The notes below the pieces were generated by a model. The model was not told the DNA's origin and did not search any database. It saw nothing but the letters and a program-made list of their open reading frames with translations. From Chiloscyllium plagiosum (taxonomy: Eukaryota), in NCBI RefSeq assembly GCF_004010195.1, contig NC_057752.1, positions 2,455,334 to 2,505,353 of the forward strand: a stretch of DNA of 50,020 bases, read 5' to 3'. A program made the translations under genes and the position numbers. This document shows positions 24,146 through 36,609 of this stretch, piece after piece; position 1 is the first letter of the stretch; the number at the start of each line of letters is the position of its first letter.

Positions 24146-24870
24146 AGAAAATAGAAGGAGGAGTAGGCCATTCAAGCCTGTTCCACCACTCAATATGATT
24201 AGATTAGATTCCCTACAGTGTGGAAACAGGCCCTTCAGCCCAAACTGACCCTCTGAAGAGTAACCCACCCAGACCCATTTTCCTCTGACTAATGCACCTA
24301 ACATTATGGGACAATTGTAGAATGGCCAATTCACCTGACCTGCACATCTTTGGACTGTGGGAGGAAACCAGAGCAGCAAACTCCACACAGACAGATGCCC
24401 GAGGCTGGAACTGAACCTGGGACCCTGGTGCTGTGAGGCAGCAGCGCTAACCACTGAGCCACCATGCCACCCTATGGCTGATCATCCAACTCAGTCCCTG
24501 TTCCTGCTTTCTCCCCATTCCCTTTGATCCCTAAGAACTATATCTAACTCCTTCTTGAAAACATTCAATGTTTTGGCCTCAAACGCTTTCTGTGACAGAA
24601 AATTCCACAGGCTCCCCACACTCTGGGTGAAGACATTTCTGCTCACCTCAGTCCTAAGTGATCTGACCCATATTCTTATATGTGACCCCTGGTTCTGGAC
24701 TCCCAGGGAACATCGTTCCTTTGTTTCCCCTGTCTAGTCCTGTTGGAAGTTTATCGGTTTCAATGAGATTCCACCCTCATTCTTCTAAATTCCAGTGAAT
24801 ACAGTCTTAACTGATCCAATCTCTCTTCAGCCGTCAGTCCTGCCCTCCCAGGAATCAGTCTGGTAAACGG
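24146..24870 (-). mobile_element. CR1 3' fragment containing an HE1 SINE
   Basis: Reverse-complement similarity to 2500-2960. Confidence 0.85.
24200..24472 (-). mobile_element. HE1-type SINE
   Basis: tagattagattccctacagtgtgg tail ... gctaaccactgagcc head. Confidence 0.92.
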
Positions 24871-25649
24871 ACAGGTTGGCACCATCTTTGCTAATCACTG
24901 TGGGCACAACAGACCCCCCCCACATGAAATCAAAAGTGTGTCATTTTTAAATGGTAAGAAATACCTTCAAGCAACTCAAAAGCAATAATCTAATCTTGGA
25001 TTTCAAGTTATGATATTAAACCACTTGAGCTTTATACTCACAGATGCTCCCTGAATCTCACAATTAGATTATAGCCTTGCAGATAATCCCATTTATTTGC
25101 TATCTGATGGGGTGTTTAATGAACAAAAGAGGTTTGAGTACGTAATGGAAAATGTGCATGCGGATAATTAGAACGTATCTGTGCAAGGTTTGCTTGTAAA
25201 GGATCTGTAGTTTGGAAGTTAAAATGACAGGAGACCGGATAAATGGAGAGACCTGGGGTTTTACATTCAAAAATCTTTCAGGTTGGCAGGGCAAGTGGAG
25301 ACAGTTGTTAAAAAGGCAGACATGATTTCTGGCTTTATAAAGTGAAGTATAGAGTATAAATAAAGGTGATGGTGCACATTTATGGTGTGATTTTTGTTAC
25401 CAACAGGGTATTTTACCTGACGCACCAATGCTTATGTTATCCTTTGTAACATAAGAAGCTGGACGTCGGCAACATGGTATTGAAGAATCCAACAGATATT
25501 TCTTATAACAATCTATTATGTCCAAACATCACATTCCTCAGGGACATTAACATCTAGTAAAGTTTTTAGTTGACAACAGAAGAGCATGCTTCCAGTAGAG
25601 TGCCATGCTTCAAGAGATCTGAAATGAGATGTAGTCTGAGATCTTTATA

Positions 25650-26310
25650 GAAGAACAAAGAGCAATCCAGCACAGGAACAGGCCCTTCGGTCCCCCCAAG
25701 CCTGTGCCGACTCATTTTGCCCTTCAATACTAAAACTATCTTCACTTACAGAATCCATATCCCTCTGATCCCTTCCTATTCATGTACTCATCCAGGTGCT
25801 TCCTGAATGCTGCTATTGTGTCTGCTTCCACCCCCTCCTCTGGCAGCGCGTTCCAGGCACACACCTCCCTTTGTGTGAAAAACCTGCCTCGTACATCTCT
25901 TTTAAACTCCCCAACCCCCGCACCTTTAACCTGTGTTCCCAAGTAATAGACCCCTCCAGCCTGGGGAAAAAGCCTCATACTTCCCACTCTATCCATGCCT
26001 TTCACAATCTTATGAACGTCTATTGGGTCGCCCCTCAACCTCCTGCGTTCCAGTGAAAACAAACCCAGTCTATCCAACCTTTCTTCATCACTAAAATCCA
26101 CCCCCACCCCCCCCACACCCCCCATACCAGGCAACATCCTGGTAAACCTTTTCTGTCCCCTCTCCCAAAGCATCCACATCCTCCTGGTAGTGCGGTGACC
26201 AGAACTGTACACAATATTCCAAGTATGGTCTAACTAAAGTCCTATAAAGCTACAGCATAACTTGCCTATCCTTATACTCAATGCCCCTTCCAATGAAGGC
26301 AAGCATGCCC
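25650..26310 (-). mobile_element. CR1 LINE 3' fragment
   Basis: KRFTRMLPG..LGLFSLERRRLRGD..FFTQREVCAWNALP. Confidence 0.92.
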
Positions 26311-27643
26311 TCGGGTTCTATGACATGATAAAGTGATCATCTCATCTACACATTTCTTAAAGGTGTACTGAGTACAAGACATAACCCAATGATTCACGAC
26401 TTGCTGGATCGATTGCAGCTTCATCATTGTGTCCACATCTGGGTGTAAAAGATATCTGCGGTTGGCACGTAGTCGTGTTAGGATCCCCTGTGGGTAGATT
26501 TACTGTCTCCAATCCTCCTCCTAATCCTACTCTACGGGGCTTATTAGTGTTAAATTCTGAAGGATTAACCATTAATACGTCTTCAGCAGGAAGACACACT
26601 TGCATAACAACTAATTCCAAAAGTCTATTACATAATCATAAGATAACAAATTAACTTAACTTCAGACTGGTTAACTACATTAACACTAGACACTTTTATC
26701 TGCAAAGAGATAGTAATTAGATCCATGTTATATAGCAGCAGACTGGAGAATGTGGAAATAACAACTGAGCAACTACTTAGAACTCTCATTTACAGCCAAC
26801 TAGCTACCTCAGAAACAATCACTTTACAACCTCCTGGACTTAAAAATTGACTTCAACACCTTCAAATTGCGAACCCACTCCCATTCCTTCCCTTTCTTTT
26901 AGCTTTACGTGTTCCATCCTCTGTCCCCGCGTCCTCTCTCCTCTCCCCCCGCCTCAGTGGGACTGTCTGTCCTTTTCAGTCTGGCAGATAGACACACCAA
27001 TGTTCTGCCATTCTCACATTCACCACAAAGTAACACATGGTACAAGTACCTTTCACCATCAGACAGACATTGGCAGGACTCCAGTACATCTGCGATAGGG
27101 CTCCAGGTTTTATTTTAGAAAAAGAAAACCGTTTCATCAGCCAGCTGGAAGACTGACAGGACAGCTAATTTCCCAGAAAGCAAAACTTGTTAACTCTGTA
27201 GGTCACCTGTCATCTAGCAACCATTTGTCATCGCTGCAATGTTCAGCTAGCTTGTACTGGGCTAATTCTGTTGGCGCTTCTTCCAAGGAGGCTGGGAAAT
27301 TTATTTTTGTAGGAGGGCGAGCAGAGAGGGATTGTTTTTTGACACTTTGATGCGGAACCTCTGACCAACATTGTCCTACTATCATAGTATTCCCCAGTGA
27401 AACACTTTGTAGGCACACTGATCAAACTAGGAGAAAAATTTAGAAGGCCCTCAAACCCGTTTCTTCCACAGTCCACTTCCAAATGATTCAAACTTGGATT
27501 CTCACTCAATCAATAGGACAGGATGAGGCCATTCAGCCCCTAACAGCCTGTCTGCTCTTTAATTTAGTTCATAATTGATCACCAGGACACCGTGGTTCTG
27601 TAAAGTCTTAATCTTTCTGACAAGCAAACAAATCTATCAGTCA

Positions 27644-27944
27644 TTAGATTAGATTCCCTACAGTGTGGAAACAGGCCCTTCGGCCCAAACAGTCCACACC
27701 GACCCTCCGAAGAGTAACCCACCCAAACGAATGCACCTAATACTATGGGCAATTTAGCATGGCCAATTCACCTGACCTGCACATCTTTGGACTGTGGGAG
27801 GAAACCAGAGCACCCGGAGGAAACCCACACAGACACAGGGAGAACATGCAAACTCCACACAGACAGTCACCCGAGGCTAGAATCAAACCTGGGACCCTGG
27901 TGCTGCGAGGCAGCAGTGCTAACCACTGAGCCACCGTGCCACCC
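27644..27944 (-). mobile_element. HE1-type SINE
   Basis: Full head, V-domain and (aatct)n tail. Confidence 0.93.
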
Positions 27945-28499
27945 CATGGTTCAGATATTTTCAGTTGACACTCCCAATCTCAACAGATTTTCATGGTTAC
28001 AATCCCCCCACCCCTTTCAGGATTGTCCCCAAGTCTCCAGAGATTAATCTCCAGGATAATGTGACTTAACTTCCAGGAGTGAAGTCTGAGAGACGTTAAA
28101 CAAAGATGTTGTTTAAGAATGGTCTTTGAACTAATTTGCCTGTTACTTTGAAAAACGATCGAAGATTTGCAATTAAGCAGCTTGTTTGACTGACTGCGGT
28201 CAGGGCGAGTTCTGATTGGTGTGAAAACGCAGTGAGCTCAAAGGATGGGCATGGCAAGTGAACAATGGTGGAATGTGCTGGGGAAGGGTGGGTGCGTAAG
28301 GGATGAGCTAGGCGGTCACAGGATGATATTTGCTGGGTAATATCAGGAGTTGAGTCCTGTCTCCAAGCTGCCTAAGCCCTTCTGTAACCATCAAGTGAAT
28401 TGCTCAATTGATGATGCTCACCATTTCCTCTTTTGCAACACATGGTGATTCAATTTGTTATGAAAGGTATCAACTGAGTCCGAATTAACACCTTCTTTC

Positions 28500-29400
28500 T
28501 GAAATTACTCCACAGAGGCCGGTATCCCGTCAGGGAGTCCCCCTTTATTTACACATGGAGAGTCCTTCTCATTGATCCAGCTCTCTCAGAGTGAGCAGAA
28601 TTGCTGACACTCCTGTTTATATATTTTTTATTTTATTAACCAGTACAAATTACAAACAAACAGTTAACGTGAACAGCCATATACAAGAAACAACAATTTA
28701 CAGGGGAAAGGGGCAGCAAATCCAGTCCCCAAACCCCACCGTACAACCAGTTCACAGGAAAACAAAGACGAGCTTCAAATCCCACCTTAGCATGTCAAAA
28801 AAAAACAGTAAACGCAATCACATACAGACAGTCCAATAAACCGAACAATAAAACAGTGCATATGTCACAGACACCCTGGCAACCCAGCAAACCCACCTGC
28901 CCCTCCCACCCTCCTGTTTACATCTGTCAGCCAGGTCTCCCTGATTGAACCAGATTAACAGCCCCAATCAGAGAGCATATATTCTATGAGGTCCACCTGG
29001 TTGACCTTGTTACAATCACTACCTCCCTCCCCCTCAGAGTCCGAGCACATAGGCTGGTCCTTTTTCTTGTAGCTCCTCCTGAGGCTTTTTAGCACCGGGT
29101 CAGGTTCCTCCAACTCAGCCTCGGATACAGACAGTGTGTACGAGACCGTAGCTTGCCTCTTGTGCCCAGAGCATCTCGGAAGAAACTCATTCTCTTCTTC
29201 AGGCTGTAAAGGTGTCAAGTCGGTGACATACACAATGTCCATATCAGGTTCCGAGATTTCCTCGACACTAGACGGAGGGGGAGAACCCACGGTTTCCAAC
29301 AGCCTTTCTGGACATTCTGAGGGGCCAGGTATGTTTTGCTCCTGCCCCATTTGTGAGTTTGCAATTTTCATGTGGTCCATGTACTTGTTCAGGGCCAAAC
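28500..29400 (-). mobile_element. Gypsy-like LTR retrotransposon 3' end: pol C-terminal tail, polypurine tract and 3' LTR (28500-29022)
   Basis: Minus ORF NKYMDHMK...LPRCSGHKRQATVSY resembles the RHxDQL...LRRSxRxRxxPxRY tail of Gypsy pol. PPT gagggggagggag lies directly before gtagtgattg. The LTR is homologous to 36490-37247. Confidence 0.75.
28620..28910 (-). mobile_element. Poly(A)-type non-LTR retroelement 3' end (L1/Tx1-like) inserted in the LTR
   Basis: T-rich left end containing tttatt. TSD ctcctgttta at 28610-28619 and 28911-28920. Confidence 0.7.
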
Positions 29401-29476
29401 TTCATCCCCGAAGTAAACTGCCTCCCTTGCTTAGCAGTCTTATGTCATGCATTGGTGTTCCTGATGTTCACCCAGC

Positions 29477-29511
29477 TACCTGACGAAGGAGTAGCGCTCC
29501 GAAAGCTTGTA
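29477..29511 (+). ncRNA. Minimal hammerhead ribozyme motif within a PLE fragment (29470-29570)
   Basis: tac CTGACGA a ggagt agc gctcc GAAA gctt gta; helix I pairs TAC/GTA. Confidence 0.72.
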
Positions 29512-29846
29512 CTTCCAAATGAACCTATTGGACTATAACCTGGTGTTGTGTCATTTTTAACATTGTCCACAATTTTTAAACTCAGAGGTAATGTTTGGAT
29601 GTATATCTTCACAAACAACTCAGGTAGTTTTTTATTTAATTACATGAGGGTTTGTTATGGAAGAAAGGCAGCTAAGTAGAGTCACGATGCACTGTGCCAA
29701 CACTATGTCTTCAAGAGGTGTACTTTGTCTTGTTTTAGTTATGAAAAAATGTTGAGACACAGGTGCCAGGCAGTCTGCTCAATGCCAATACAGTAAACAG
29801 CTTGTGAGGTCTTGGGTTTTTTTAAAAGTTGAAACAATAGAAGCAG

Positions 29847-29980
29847 GGAGAAAGTGAGGACTGCAGATGCTGGAGATCAGAGCTGAAAAATGTGTTGCTG
29901 GAAAAGCGCAGCAGGTCAGGCAGCATCCAAGGAGCAGGAGAATTGACGTTTCGGGCATAAGCCCTTCTTCACGAAATCAG
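29847..29980 (-). mobile_element. PLE pLTR-derived short element with perfect 16-bp TSD
   Basis: gaaacaatagaagcag at 29831-29846 and 29981-29996. Confidence 0.9.
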
Positions 29981-30103
29981 GAAACAATAGAAGCAGCCTG
30001 AATGGGTGGGGTTATGCATCTGAGCAACCAGGATTTCAGTTTAACTTTCAGTTGTTGCTGGGGTCTTGAAGCTGGATGTGGAAGCTGTTATTCCTCTCTC
30101 TGT

Positions 30104-30435
30104 GCTGAAAATGTATTGCTGGAAAAGCGCAGCAGGTCGGGCAGCATCCAAGGAACAGGAGAATCGACGTTTCGGGCATAAGCCCTTCTTCAGGAATGAG
30201 GAAAGTGTGTCCAGTAGGCTAAGATAAAAGGTAAGGAGGATGGACTTGGGGGAGGGGCATTGGAAATGCGATAGGTGGAAGGAGGTCAAGGTGAGGGTGA
30301 TAGGCCAGAGTGGGGTGGGGGCGGAGAGGTCAGGAAGAAGATTGCAGGTTAGGAAGGTGGTGCTGAGTTCGAGGGATTTGACTGAGACAAGGTGGGGGGA
30401 GGGGAAATGAGGAAACTGGAGAAATCTGAGTTCAC
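30104..30435 (-). mobile_element. Penelope-like 3' end (pLTR) with 16-bp TSD
   Basis: TSD ttattcct(c/a)tctctgt at 30088-30103 and 30436-30451. The reverse complement matches the sequence at the end of the GIY-YIG ORF (cagtttcctcatttcccct..ccccacc, 6445-6480). Confidence 0.9.
30162..30197 (-). ncRNA. Minimal hammerhead ribozyme with intact core and GUC cleavage triplet
   Basis: Minus strand: attc CTGAAGA a gggc ttat gccc GAAA cGTC gatt. Confidence 0.78.
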
Positions 30436-31184
30436 TTATTCCTATCTCTGTAACAACTGAAAGCTGGGGTTCTCTTCCTGTTGCTAGAATTGAATGTGAG
30501 ACAATCTGTTTTACTGAATTTGCCTTTGCCAAGGATGTGCTTATGGGACATTACTACATTGGAACAGTTAATTAGTAGTAGTTAATATCTATATTCTTTT
30601 GTTAAGCATTTCAATAGTTAAGCCAATTCTTCTAGTTTTAGTTTGTGGCATTTTAATTGTAGTGTAAACATAAAATGCGTTTTGCTTAAAGTCGAGGAGT
30701 TTGACCAATCAAATTGCATCTGGAACACAATGCCTTAACTTACCTTTAAAGTAAGAAAAAGTTAGGGTCTAAGCTATCTTCTTAATATATTTTGAGGGGT
30801 TTGGTCTGGTCCATGAGGGTACAGTTTTCACCCATAGGGCAGTGGGAGGTCTGGAATGCACTGCCTGGGAGGGCAGTAACTTCACAACCTTTAAAAAGTA
30901 CTTGGATGGATGGACATGTGAAGTGTCCAAATATCCAAGGCCAAAGGCCTAGTGTGGGAAGGTGGACTAGCGTGGGTATTTTTGGATGGTACAGACTAGA
31001 TCTGTACTGTATGATTTTGTGATCCTAGCCATGATACAAATGAATGCTACCCAGGGCTGAATAGCCTGCTCCTGCTCCTATGAGTTCAGCAACCTGCTAT
31101 GGCTTGCAACAGATCAGAAACTGGCATTTTTCTGTCAAATTCAGGTACTGAGGTCAGAAAAGGACAACAGCTTATGTCACACTG

Positions 31185-31475
31185 TGGGTGCCCCTACACT
31201 ACATGGACTGCAGTGGTTCAAAGGCAGCAGATACATGGGACACTACCCCCTGCAAGTTCCCCTCCAAGCCACTCACCATCCTGACTTGGAAATCTGTCAC
31301 CATTTCTTCGTTGTCGCTGGGTCAAAATCCTGGAGCTCCCTCCCCAGTGGCATTTTGATTGTGGACTGCAGCGGTTCAAAAAGGCAGTTCACCACCACCT
31401 TCTCAAGGAGCAACTAGGGAGGGGGAATAAATACTGGCCCAGCTAGAGATGCCTACATCCCATGAGTCAATTTTT
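31185..31475 (+). mobile_element. L2/CR1-group LINE 3' end
   Basis: Same family as 19570-19877. Confidence 0.8.
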
Positions 31476-31504
31476 TTTAAAAATCACCCTGTGGCTCTAA
31501 TAGA

Positions 31505-31860
31505 GGGGATGTGATGACCTCGTGGTAGTATCGCTAAACTATTAATCTAGAGACCCAGGTAATGTTCTGGGAACCTGGGTACAAATCCCACCATGGCAGA
31601 TGGTGGAATTTGAATTCAATTAAAGTCTGGAATTCACATTCTAATGATAACCATAAAACCGTTGTCAACCATTGGACAAAAAATCCATCTGGCTGCCCTT
31701 CAGGGATGGAAATCTGCCATCCTTACCTGGTCTGGCCTACATGTGACTCCAGACCAATGGCAATGGGGTTGACTCTTAACTGTCCTCAGGACAATTAGGG
31801 ATGGGCAATGAATGCTGGCCCAGCCTGAGGCGCCCACATCCCGAGAATGAATTTTTAAAA
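31505..31860 (+). mobile_element. tRNA-head SINE sharing its 3' tail with the L2/CR1-group LINE
   Basis: Head with B-box-like gggtacaaatccc, central cctggtctggcctacatgtgactccagacc, tail caattagggatgggcaatgaatgctggcccagcc. Confidence 0.8.
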
Positions 31861-32564
31861 AATAGGTCTCAGGCTTCAAGGTTAATGATGGATCTTGGAT
31901 TTGTGCAGAGCGTTAGGCTGACAACAGCAGAATGCATGGGGTTGTAGGTAGAAGGAGGCTATAAGATGCAGAGGGAGGTCAATGGAGCAAAGAATGGGGC
32001 CATCAAGGTTTACATTCCCTTGATGAAAAAAAGAGGACCCCATCACTCTTAGTGGGAGTCTGCTCTGTGTTTCCTACCTTGTCATAGTGACTGCATTTCA
32101 AAAGATTTTCAGTTGCTTTGAAGTGATTTTGGATATCCTTAGGTCTGTTTTTCTTGACATAGAAAAGTGTGCAGAATCTTTACAAAGGATCATCCATAGC
32201 CACATCCATAACTCCAGACACTGAAGGCACCTTCCCCTCCAATCCCCTTCTCTCATCTTCTGGATGGTCTTTCCTCAGGCAAGAGAACAGAACATCACCT
32301 CACCTCCTTTAACAACATCAGGTAACATCACCAAAGTGATCAGGTATCAAAGTGTTGAGAAACCAGTCTGTGTTTCCACCCCAAACCAGCCTGTTTATCC
32401 ATTTTGAAATACAAACATAGAAATTGTTTTAGACAAATTTGCCATCAAGTCCGCCATTACCCTCGAAATTAAAATCCTAACAGCAACAAACGGAGCCAGA
32501 CCACCATGACATTTGGGCAAATGTTATCCTGGCTGGATGTTAACTGCACACAGTGAGCCTTATG

Positions 32565-33120
32565 TCATACAGTCATACAGCATGGAAACAGACCCTTCGG
32601 TCCAGCCAGTCCATGCTGAACATAATCCTAAATTAAACTAACCCCACCTGCCTGCTCCTGGCACATAACCCTCCAAACGTTTTCTATTCATGTACTTATC
32701 TAAACACTTTTTAAATGTTGTAACTGTGCCTGCATCCACCACTTCTTCAGGAAGTTCATTCCACATGTGAACCACTCTTTGTATAAAAAAATTGCCCCTC
32801 ATGTCTTTTTTAAATCTCTCTCCTCTCACCTTAAAAATGTGTCCCCTAGGCTTTCAATCATTCATCGTAGAGAAAAGACACCTACCATTAACCCCATTTA
32901 TACCCCTCATAATTTTATAAACCTCTATCCTATGCTCCAGTGAAAGAAGTCCCAGCCTATCCAGCCTTTCTTTATTACTCAAACCTTCCAGACCCAGCAA
33001 CATCCTGGTAAATCTCCCCTGAACTCTCACCAGCTGAATAAAATCCTTCCGATAACAGGGCAACCAGAACTGGACAAAGTATTCCAGAAGGGGCCTCACC
33101 AACGTCCTGGGCAACCTCAA
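32565..33120 (-). mobile_element. HER1/CR1 LINE 3' fragment
   Basis: LVRPLLEYFVQFWLPCYRKD..FFIQRVVHMWNELP. Confidence 0.92.
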
Positions 33121-33492
33121 TAAAGGTCATGTACGTTGTATCAGAAAAAAAAGATTCAATGGCTGAAATCTCTGAAAGGATGTGAATTACGAATCTTCAA
33201 TCCAGCGCTGAGGCAGTCACGTGGAACCTTTCACTCTCTCTGATCTTACACTCGTCTCTTTTTCTGAACTTTTTAAACCTGATTTCCATCTCTGTCCATT
33301 AATCCCTGTCATATGTTGCAGATACAGAGTTCTTATGGCATGGTGGTAGTGACCCTACCTCTCATTAAGGAGGCTGGAGTTCAAATCCCACCTTCCTCAA
33401 ATACGTGAATGAACTGGTTGATGAAAGGAAACTCATCTACCTTGAGGTAGATATCCTCACACGAATTAGGAGCACGGAAAGACTTTTCAGCA
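33114..33492 (+). repeat. Donor copy of a local duplication (copied at 36890-37227)
   Basis: Near-identical acctcaataaaggtcatgtacgttgtatcag...gacttttcagc. Confidence 0.95.
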
Positions 33493-35745
33493 GTCTGCTT
33501 CCCCCCCCCCACCCCCCCCACGATGATCATGTGGTCTCAACTCTACTTCCCTGGTCAGTCTGGCTTGGCCTTGAATACAGTAAGCTTTATATTAACCCAT
33601 GAGACCCGGAATGTGTTAAAAAAAGACATGAGGGACAAATTCTTTACACAGAGGGTGGCTCACGTGGAATGAGCTTCCTGAGAAAGTGGTGGATGCAGGC
33701 ACAGTTACAACATTTTAAAAATATTCAGGATAATCAAGAGGTCCACATAATCAATGTAAAAACACACACTAAGTAATAGAAATGTAATGCAGAGGGTACA
33801 CACATTACTTTATACTTTATTCACAGCATAAATCACAAATAATAATGCGACGTTGCCTTAAATAAAACTTACTGGCAGAGAGTCTTCTCACTCACACCCT
33901 CAACTGACCACTCGCGCATCGAGGTATTGAAGAAATTGACGTGAAATTGAATCTCAACTGTTGATATTTCGTGCGGCCATTCGATTGAACAACAAGTATG
34001 CTTACACTGAGGTAAATACATTTTTAAAACTTTGATAATTGGCCAGAATAACAATGCAGTAAACTTCATGGTATCTGAGGTATATATTTTTGCCGGTTTA
34101 TCAAGAGTGCCAGTTAAAACAGAGTTTGTTGTATACTGTATATAGTGACCCAGTCAAGACTTTAAACCCCCTCCCCCAAGAGAAGGTACATCGAGTCTGC
34201 TCCGCCATTCAATGAGATGGTGGCTAATCCGATCATCCTCAATCCCACTTTTCTGCCTTTTCCCCATAAACCGTGGATTCCCTTCCTGATTAAAAAAAAT
34301 GTCTCAGCCTTGCCCAGCCTCTGTGACAAAGAACTTCCCAGGTTTACTACCGTCTGAAAGAAAAACTATCCTCTGGAACTTTTTAAAAATTTCTTTCTTA
34401 ATTTCTCTTTAAATGCACCTCTGCTGTTCACCCCAACTATTCCTGAGAGTTTGCCTCAGTGGTTTCCTTTAGTGGTTTCCCCATAATTTTTGACAGGATT
34501 GATCAGTCTTCTACTAACAACACGTGACAATAATTGTTTTGAGGCAAACGCCTCTTTTCTCTCGTTTTCATACATCTCTATATTGTCTGTTTCTCTCCCA
34601 CCTTTCTTTTTCCTAATTTATTTTCGTCCTAATCTCTCCTTCGTTCAAAGGAACCTCAATAGGCAGAGACAAAATGATCTCCGCCAGTCCGTCACCTCCC
34701 CAGACCACATACAATGTTCACTCCTGCTCATAAATTAAGCTTCTAAAGAAAAGTGACACGATCGCAGCTAAACATTGTGAACGACGAGGGAAGGTAATCT
34801 CCTTCACCCTCCCCCCAACAGCCCTCCCAAAAGTAATTAAGGAAAAACATCAGGATTACAATCTATGTTATTCAACCTGAACTGCTTGCATTCCACAAAT
34901 GCCATTTCCAGGTTCCCAACAGGGACCTGGAACTGCAGAATGCTACGATGTATTTATTATCACTGCGTGCACTTAGTCCCAAAATCTTGCAGCCCCTTTC
35001 ATAATCAGGTATTTGCGCAATTCCCTGTGAAAGTTAATCCTCCGGAGGGCCTACGGTGTAAATGTGTTCCACAAAGTCGCGCACGTTCTGCTTCGCACTG
35101 CCATTTTCTCCACCCCCTCCACCGCCATTTTATTGCTTCGTTAACAGCAGCAACTTAATGGAAATCTGCCCACTTTTCTCAGTGCCCGAGCTGCCCTCTA
35201 ACACTGAGACATTGTTTCCCCTCCAACTAGGGGATTCTCGAACACTGTCTGATGGTGGCCATTTTGGACTGAGGTGAAGAGACATTTCTTCACTAAGACG
35301 GCGACGAATCGTTTGAATTCTTGATCCCCAGAGGGTCGTAGGTGTTTGTTTGGTGAATATATTCAAGGCTGGGGATAGACAGAGTTTTTAAGTCCTCAGA
35401 AAATCACTGAATATTGGAAGCTGGCGGGAAACTGGACCTGAAGTCCAAAGCCATGCAGAACAATGGAAATCGCTTGATGGGCCTGCTCTTGTTTGTTGTG
35501 TGTAATCCAGTGTGAACTCACACGTATGGAGAGAGAGGGGGGAAGAGACCATAAAGAGTAGTTGGTGCCAGAATTGAAATGATTGTGCAAAAGGGAATCC
35601 TTTGGTGCATTGTAGTTAAGCACAGTTGTCAGGCTTGTCCCCTGCTCGTTTTGTAAGCTAGCTTGATGCACAACTGTGTAGTTTGAAAAGGACTTATTAC
35701 CTGCATTGGTCAGCATCAAATCACTGACCTCACTCTTACAGCACA

Positions 35746-36057
35746 TTAGATGAGATTACTTACAGTGTGGAAACAGGCCCTTTGGCCCAAAAAGTCCACA
35801 CCGATCCGCCTAAGCGCAACCCACCCAGACCCATTCCCCTACGCTTACTCCTTCACCTGACACTACGGGCAATTTAGCTTGGCCAATTCACCTAACTTGC
35901 ATATTTTTGGACTGTTGAGAGGAAACCGGAGCACCCGGAGGAAACCCACACAGACACGGGGAGAATGTGCAAACTCCACATAGTCAGTCGCCTGAGGCGG
36001 GAATTGAACCCGGGTCTCTGGCGCTGTGAAGCAGCAGTGCTAGCCACTGTGCCGCCC
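35746..36057 (-). mobile_element. HE1-type SINE, CpG-retaining and so probably younger
   Basis: Full element; CpGs retained in the head (gaggcgggaattgaacccgggtc). Confidence 0.93.
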
Positions 36058-36609
36058 ATTGCCCCGATGTTGACAGCTTTTACTGAAAGACCAGAGGGTA
36101 TTTCAACTTAACATTCAAATTGTGCTCGGACTGGGGGGGGCATATTTGACAGGCAGGCAGCATCACTGACAGGAGCTTGGGAGGGGGAGGTCGAGGGAGG
36201 GTATACCCTGTCACTGAGAGCGTAGATACACCTGGTTGCGGCCAGACGGGTCTATCCGCTCAGCGGTGAAATTGGTCGCCAATTTCTAATTTCCTCCCTC
36301 TTGCCCTTTCACTTGTAGATGAGGATGATGATATCTTTCCTCATGGTTTCGCACATGCTTTCTAACAGAAGCATATTGTCTTACAGCTCCAGCAGGCCCT
36401 GGCCAATCAAGTCCCACAGAACCTAATATAACTCAGCCCGTAAGCCATCACTTTGGGTAGTTTTATTCTTTTCTAAGGACTTGGGGGCCTTGGAAACTGG
36501 TATCACTTCACCATGTCACCCTCTACTTACCCGTGCCTAGTACATGGACTGTGACCATCCAGCTCCAAGCCAGTCCCTAGAGTGAGCAGAACCTCTGATG
36601 CTCCTTTTT

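Larger units (their letters stand above)
29653..30816 (+). mobile_element. Probable solo LTR carrying two PLE insertions
   Basis: Starts tgttatgg and ends ..ggtccatga (an eroded ccataaca). Flanked by gggtt / gggta. Confidence 0.55.

Noticed and set aside
33866..33885. acttactggcag resembling the U1 snRNA 5' end
   Set aside because: Similarity stops after about 12 nt; better explained as an antisense splice donor or chance.
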